NCBI GenBank assembly: GCA_021846725.1
Contig: JAJZWK010000002.1
Span: forward strand, 1 to 38,247
DNA length: 38,247 nucleotides
Source: Actinomycetes bacterium
GTDB lineage: Bacteria; Actinomycetota; Acidimicrobiia; Acidimicrobiales; JAMCPL01
Reading direction: 5' to 3'
Shown one piece after another: positions 33,744 to 38,247 of the stretch. How positions within the stretch are numbered: position 1 is the stretch's first letter; each line of letters starts with the position of its first letter. The notes beneath the pieces are model-generated. The model worked only from the letters and a program-made list of their open reading frames with translations, was not told where the DNA came from and searched no databases. Made by a program: the position numbers and the translations under genes.

Positions 33744-34703
33744 TCAGGTCGGATCAGACATCTTATTACGATAGAATATACTGGATAATTTGTAGGCAAT
33801 TTTCCAACTTCTGGATAGCTGCGCATCCGAGAATGCCTTTTTCAAGTGCTCTAATTCAAACTCTGCTTGGTGGCGGACAAGCTGGGTATTCTTGAGCATC
33901 TTTTGTAGCAGGTCTGTATACCAATCCAGACGTTTGGGACTCATGTAGGCATATACCGACCATTCGGCGTGTTCTCCCAAGAGATGGTAGCTGGTTTTAT
34001 GTTGCCCGTACCGGAGTAGGGTATCATCCATCTCCATACTTATCTGCTTGGTAAGATTGCTCATCATGTGCAGATCATCGTTCGATTCTGCATCCCTCAT
34101 TTCTGTACGTGTCGAATTGGTTTCCATGTACTTTCTGGTATTTGAGTGGCTGCCAGATTCCATGTCGATACCAGTTGATTGTATACCTGAGATCCAGTAT
34201 AGAGGTGGTATGCATAAAAGGGACCCCATTGTAGGTGGCCCGTAATCATTCATGTATTTGTCGAGTTGTAGAGAAATTTGATTCCTTATGCCCTCGTCTG
34301 GGTTGGATGAGCTTGTATCCCGTGGGCTGCTATCCTCCAGATGAGTACCTTGTGGATGATTTGGGTAAAACTCTGCTGAGATCAGATATGGTGCGATGAT
34401 GAGAACGTCAATGTCCCTGAAGTCGTGATTGGCTAATTCACCTCTTCCTGTGTTTGCAGGGTCTTTCTGTCCATTATTGGTTGTCCATTGATGCCATACT
34501 TGGACACCTCGTGCTCTCAGACATTGAGCTACATCGTATCCCCCTTTTCCTATGGTTACTACTTTTTCTGGGTTGAATATTTCAGTAATTTCTTCGGCAA
34601 ACAAAAAGAGCGAAGAGCGATATAGCTCTAGTATGGGTATATCATTCTGAAGAGACATGGTCTCTGGACTGTCGGGGTTCTTTGAACGGTAGCTGGATTT
34701 CAT
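33744..34703 (-). CDS. hypothetical protein (Rossmann-like N-terminus, helical C-terminal tail)
   Basis: 319-aa ORF overlapping the upstream glycosyltransferase gene by 4 nt. VVTIGKGGYDVAQCLRARGVQV followed by DVLIIAPY loosely resembles a degenerate nucleotide/SAM-binding fold. The C-terminal heptad-like helix ends in SRSWKIAYKL. No family recognised with confidence. Confidence 0.55.
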   Translation of the reverse strand: MKSSYRSKNPDSPETMSLQNDIPILELYRSSLFLFAEEITEIFNPEKVVTIGKGGYDVAQCLRARGVQVWHQWTTNNGQKDPANTGRGELANHDFRDIDVLIIAPYLISAEFYPNHPQGTHLEDSSPRDTSSSNPDEGIRNQISLQLDKYMNDYGPPTMGSLLCIPPLYWISGIQSTGIDMESGSHSNTRKYMETNSTRTEMRDAESNDDLHMMSNLTKQISMEMDDTLLRYGQHKTSYHLLGEHAEWSVYAYMSPKRLDWYTDLLQKMLKNTQLVRHQAEFELEHLKKAFSDAQLSRSWKIAYKLSSIFYRNKMSDPT

Positions 34704-37606
34704 GTCTCAGAAACCCGCCTCTTGCTCTTGGTCTTGTGGTCCATATAGGCCATTGGGTCAGACTTGGCCTTGTAACTATCGTCTATTCTATCGTCTATCG
34801 TCAACTGCTCTGCATGTTCACTGCGACTATCTTCTGACAATGACATCCATTTATTCCAGGGATGTTTTGTACGGGGAGGCCAAGCCAGTTGCTGGGAGTC
34901 ATGTAATGAGCTGAGATTTGGGTTGTGAAAAGGATCGTCGAATAGTCGTGATCCCCACTTGATATGCATGGATGTTGCACTGGCTTGCCACTCGATCATT
35001 TTCCTTGTATTTTCTGCGTATCCTCGTGAGGCAGATTCTTCATGGTAAAGCCGTGCATAGGGTGTCCAGATTATTTTCATTCCTCTATCTGCGATTCTCA
35101 GGCAGAGGTCGACGTCGTTGTAGTGGTGTGGGAAGGACTCGTCGAAGCCTCCAACCTGTGTCCAGGTTGCCTTGCGCATAGCCAGGCAGGCTGCTGTTAC
35201 TGCAGAGAATTCCTGAACCAAGACAGATTTACCCCAGTATCCCGGGTCTCCTTCCAGTACACCTATCTGTGCATTGCCTGCAACATACATGCCACCGAAA
35301 CCAAGCAGCACTCCACCGTGTTGCATCACTTTCGTCGTATAAAAAAGTGCTACTCCGACAGCTCCTATCTCCTCTCGTAGCGCCTGCGACACCAGTTCTT
35401 CCAGCCAGCTGTCTTGAGGTGCCCAGACATCGTTGTTCATCAAGACAAAGACATCACCGGTAGCATGAGATACGCCTATATTGTTTAGCTTGGAATGATT
35501 GAAAGGAAAGTCGCATTTTATTATCTTGATCCCCATGTCGCGGTAACGAGCGAATAGTTGTCTGGTATCGCTATTGGCGCTTTGATTGTCGCATATGATT
35601 ATCTCTTTTGAACCCATGTATCTGCTGTCCAGTATCGATTTCACACACTTATCAAGAAGATGTGCATTGTCGCGAGTTGGTATGATGAATGATACCTTTG
35701 GGGGGTTCTTGGGTAATTCGAATAGTACCCTATTGTAGATTGGCAATGCGGCAGGTACCACCTTTGCTCTTACGCCTGATCGTGTCAGATGTTCCTGGAT
35801 TACCCTCCTTCCGGCGATGACTGGATAGTCATCGTGGCTGACCCTGCCGGAGCCGTATTCCTGGGTAGTCCTCCAGTGGTAGAGGATTTCCGGGATATGT
35901 CGAATTCTGTCCGTGTTTATGCTTTCGGCTACTCTCATTACCAAATCCCAGTCCTGAGCGCCTTCATATCCTATTCGGAAGCCGCCAACAGCATCTACGG
36001 CACTCTTTTTCATGACGGTAAGATGGTTCATCATATTCTGCCCGCGCATCATTTCGAGGTTCCAGTCTGGTTTGAAATATGGGTCAGATCGGTTTCCTGA
36101 GTCATCTACCTTGTCTTCGTCGCTGTAGATCATTACGACATCTGGATACTCGTTTATTTCAGCAACTATTCTGTATAGAGCATGTTCTGGAAGCATATCG
36201 TCATGGTCCATAAAAGCTATATATGCTCCGGTTGCTATAGAGAGAGCATCGTTGGAGGCAGCGGAGATATGACCATTTTCCCTGCGAAATAGTACTCTAA
36301 TCCGGCTGTCTTTACTGGCATAGCGTTGTATGAGGTGCCTTACTTCGCTCGATCGAGATGCGTCATCGACTATACAGAGTTCCCATTGCTCATATATCTG
36401 ATCCAGAACAGAGGCAATCGCCTTTTCCAGGTAAGCCGGGAATGGATCATGCACCGGCATGACGACTGATACGAGAGGCTTGGCGGTGAACGTTTCTATG
36501 TGTTTACGGATTGCTTGGCGGTCATCATCATCCAGGGTATCGAATAACTGTACCCATAGGTGATATGAAGTATCTCCTACATCGTTTAACTGTTGCTTCA
36601 TTCTCTCGATAAGATTGCTGGGTCGATTACGCATGATATTATGTAGTATCTCATGAATAGATAGTATCGTTGGATGATTTTTTATGGTGTAATGATTAGA
36701 CACAGACTTTGTCCAGGGATTGGTTGGTTGTACCGCTGTGTAATCATTGCTGGTGACGGTATCTATTTTGACGGTATCCATTTGCACCATTGCAGCTAGT
36801 CGTAGCAGTGCCGCATACTTCCATAAGGGCTTCAGTACGACAGTGACCTGATTTACTGATTTTTTAGTGTCAGGGCTACTGGGGGTTTCGCAGGTGACAG
36901 AGAGATATTTTGTGTATGGGTTTATCTTGAATATAGCGGTACCTGAGTGTGAAGTGTCTTTGTGCAACGCTATAGTGTGCCCAGAGCGGGTTCCGTGTCT
37001 GGATAGTTGTTCGATGGTGCATCCTGTCGGATCAATATCCGCGGGGAGTTTGACTTGTACAATTACCCAGCCCTTTGAGATGTGGTCCTTGAGCTGTATC
37101 AAAGCGGAGTTGATGGTATTTGCTGAAGTGCCCCTTTTGTGCCTTTGTAAGGTACCTGTGAGCAAATCTTTGTTACGAGTGGCACTTTGGGCAAGTCCTG
37201 GATGTGGTAGCTGCGCTGAGAGGTAGGGGGCAGCTTCCAGCGTGAGTGTGTATATAGTTCCCTTGCTTAGTATTGCAGCCAGGCGCATCTCTGCCAGGTG
37301 CAGTTTTCTTATCCATTCAGTAGCTCGCATTATTGGTGTATCGTGTAATGATTGTATATGCTCTTGAGCTAGTTCAACTGATTTGCGTATATTGGTATAG
37401 TGGCTTTTCTCTTTGGCAAGTGCGCTTTCCAGTGATGAGATCGTTTGTAGCTTTTTCGCGATGATGTTGTCGTTGGGTGTGGTGCCTAACTGTCCGATTT
37501 CATGCTTGGGAGTGGTCGAGTCAGTGGTATCCGTATTTGCAGTATCCGTGTCTTCAGGGACTACCTTTTTGCTATACGACTGGTCATTATTGTCTCTATC
37601 GCTCAT
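34700..37606 (-). CDS. multidomain glycosyltransferase: ~370-aa N-terminal non-GT region plus two family-2 (GT-A) glycosyltransferase domains
   Basis: 968-aa ORF. GT2 domain 1: VSVVMPVHDP...CIVDDAS...FMDHDD. GT2 domain 2: VSFIIPTRDN...ICDNQS...LMNNDV, with conserved downstream acceptor-site residues. The N-terminus has a helical/coiled segment (AKKLQTISSLESALAKEKSHYTNIRKSVELAQEHIQSL). Confidence 0.88.
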   Translation of the reverse strand: MSDRDNNDQSYSKKVVPEDTDTANTDTTDSTTPKHEIGQLGTTPNDNIIAKKLQTISSLESALAKEKSHYTNIRKSVELAQEHIQSLHDTPIMRATEWIRKLHLAEMRLAAILSKGTIYTLTLEAAPYLSAQLPHPGLAQSATRNKDLLTGTLQRHKRGTSANTINSALIQLKDHISKGWVIVQVKLPADIDPTGCTIEQLSRHGTRSGHTIALHKDTSHSGTAIFKINPYTKYLSVTCETPSSPDTKKSVNQVTVVLKPLWKYAALLRLAAMVQMDTVKIDTVTSNDYTAVQPTNPWTKSVSNHYTIKNHPTILSIHEILHNIMRNRPSNLIERMKQQLNDVGDTSYHLWVQLFDTLDDDDRQAIRKHIETFTAKPLVSVVMPVHDPFPAYLEKAIASVLDQIYEQWELCIVDDASRSSEVRHLIQRYASKDSRIRVLFRRENGHISAASNDALSIATGAYIAFMDHDDMLPEHALYRIVAEINEYPDVVMIYSDEDKVDDSGNRSDPYFKPDWNLEMMRGQNMMNHLTVMKKSAVDAVGGFRIGYEGAQDWDLVMRVAESINTDRIRHIPEILYHWRTTQEYGSGRVSHDDYPVIAGRRVIQEHLTRSGVRAKVVPAALPIYNRVLFELPKNPPKVSFIIPTRDNAHLLDKCVKSILDSRYMGSKEIIICDNQSANSDTRQLFARYRDMGIKIIKCDFPFNHSKLNNIGVSHATGDVFVLMNNDVWAPQDSWLEELVSQALREEIGAVGVALFYTTKVMQHGGVLLGFGGMYVAGNAQIGVLEGDPGYWGKSVLVQEFSAVTAACLAMRKATWTQVGGFDESFPHHYNDVDLCLRIADRGMKIIWTPYARLYHEESASRGYAENTRKMIEWQASATSMHIKWGSRLFDDPFHNPNLSSLHDSQQLAWPPRTKHPWNKWMSLSEDSRSEHAEQLTIDDRIDDSYKAKSDPMAYMDHKTKSKRRVSET

Positions 37607-37763
37607 GGGTATGTAGAGATGTTTTCCAATTATGGGGCTTTCTGCATCAAGACTCTTGGGGGTGTCCCCAATTATCTCCTGTTTTCATCTGTTACGATAT
37701 TCCACACTGAGGCAATTTGGCATTTAAGGTCATGATAACACACATATGGATGATAACACACCA

Positions 37764-37857
37764 GACCAATCGCGCAATAGGTAATTAATTACGTTACGAG
37801 TGGCGTGTGGGGCGTGGAGGGCTGCTAGGTCGACCAGCCGCGTAATAGGTAATTGAT
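37764..37857. repeat. 26-nt imperfect direct repeat (4 mismatches, period 68) in a divergent promoter region
   Basis: gaccaatcgcgcaataggtaattaat at 37764-37789 and gaccagccgcgtaataggtaattgat at 37832-37857. Confidence 0.85.
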
Positions 37858-37934
37858 AGAGTAGGACTACAGGGGTAAGATAACTTAAAATAAAGTAGCC
37901 TAAAATAAAAAAATAGGAGGATATCATCAAGTCA

Positions 37935-38247
37935 ATGATAAGAGTTAAGATACTTGTTTCAGTTGCATGCTGTGTGGCACTGGTTGCCATCTTCTCTGCT
38001 CAGGCATCTGCTAGTGCTGCTGTACCCTTGGAGGTGCATCCAAGATATTCTGTCATTGCAACATACCATCGTCCTCGCCCTGCGGCCATTAGCTCAGTTG
38101 GTCCACTGCCCATGTCTCCTTATTCGTGGGATCCGGGTCTATATGCTGAGGTATTATCAAGTGATAGTACGGTACATGCCTGGGGTATGCGCCGTACGTC
38201 TGGAGCCTGGGGGACAGGTCCGGTAAATTACCAGGCAGGAGCCACTA
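37935..38247 (+). CDS. secreted protein of unknown function (partial; runs off the right edge)
   Basis: The frame is open from ATG 37935 to the window end (104 codons, no stop). It has a classic signal peptide (MIRVKILVSVACCVALVAIFSAQASASA|AVP), with AGGAGG at 37915-37920. It is missing from the ORF track because it has no stop in the window. Confidence 0.6.
   Translation, partial: MIRVKILVSVACCVALVAIFSAQASASAAVPLEVHPRYSVIATYHRPRPAAISSVGPLPMSPYSWDPGLYAEVLSSDSTVHAWGMRRTSGAWGTGPVNYQAGAT

Noticed and set aside
37730-38226. Track ORFs 37730-37990 (minus, 86 aa) and 37954-38226 (plus, 90 aa).
   Set aside because: They are displaced by the edge-truncated frame starting at 37935, which has a Shine-Dalgarno and a canonical signal peptide. 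Neither track ORF has supporting features.

Overview
This 38.2-kb window is mostly core chromosome from an Actinomycetota-type genome. The taxonomic call is an inference from four things: two WhiB-family genes, a WS/DGAT, an L,D-transpeptidase, and the actinobacterial gene order argS-lysA-hom-thrC-rho-rpmE-prfA-prmC. GC content looks moderate but was not computed. The secreted GYWLV..DG.V..FG repeats suggest an Acidimicrobiia-like lineage; this is a guess only.

Gene content, left to right:
- tRNA-Arg(CCG) lies back to back with argS.
- The amino-acid/translation supraoperon follows. It has an extra 493-aa methyltransferase between lysA and hom, a 1-nt frameshift in hom, no thrB, and a Rho with a long acidic Ser/Thr-rich insertion.
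- A membrane-anchored lipase and an L,D-transpeptidase follow.
- An orphan ParA-type ATPase sits next to a disordered zinc-ribbon partner.
- DedA, a GntR regulator, and a split-type methylmalonyl-CoA mutase large subunit come next.
- An sdhC-sdhA-sdhB operon of the Sdh1 type follows.
- Two whiB paralogs flank a formimidoyltransferase.
- tRNA-Gly(GCC) lies next to an (ATAG)11 microsatellite.
- The right part holds dut plus WS/DGAT, orn, a HAD-IB hydrolase and a SpoIID/LytB-domain repeat protein.
- An ABC-transporter-dependent glycan cluster follows: a two-GT2-domain giant, a 319-aa unknown, clpP, wzm, and wzt with a C-terminal extension.
- A partial secreted protein runs off the right edge.

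I see no cas genes, integrases, transposases, toxin-antitoxin pairs or recognisable defence genes, so I cannot support a defence or mobile system here.

The most unusual signals are:
1. At least ten loci carry short local direct duplications of 13-36 nt, mostly in intergenic DNA. Several copy a gene's 3' end including its stop codon.
2. The extra methyltransferase has a degenerate LPPY motif and a PqqD/RRE-like tail.
3. The ParA-type ATPase is paired with a disordered zinc-ribbon protein.
4. clpP is embedded in, and apparently heads, the glycan-export operon.
5. The (ATAG)11 repeat lies upstream of a near-consensus, probably leaderless whiB promoter.
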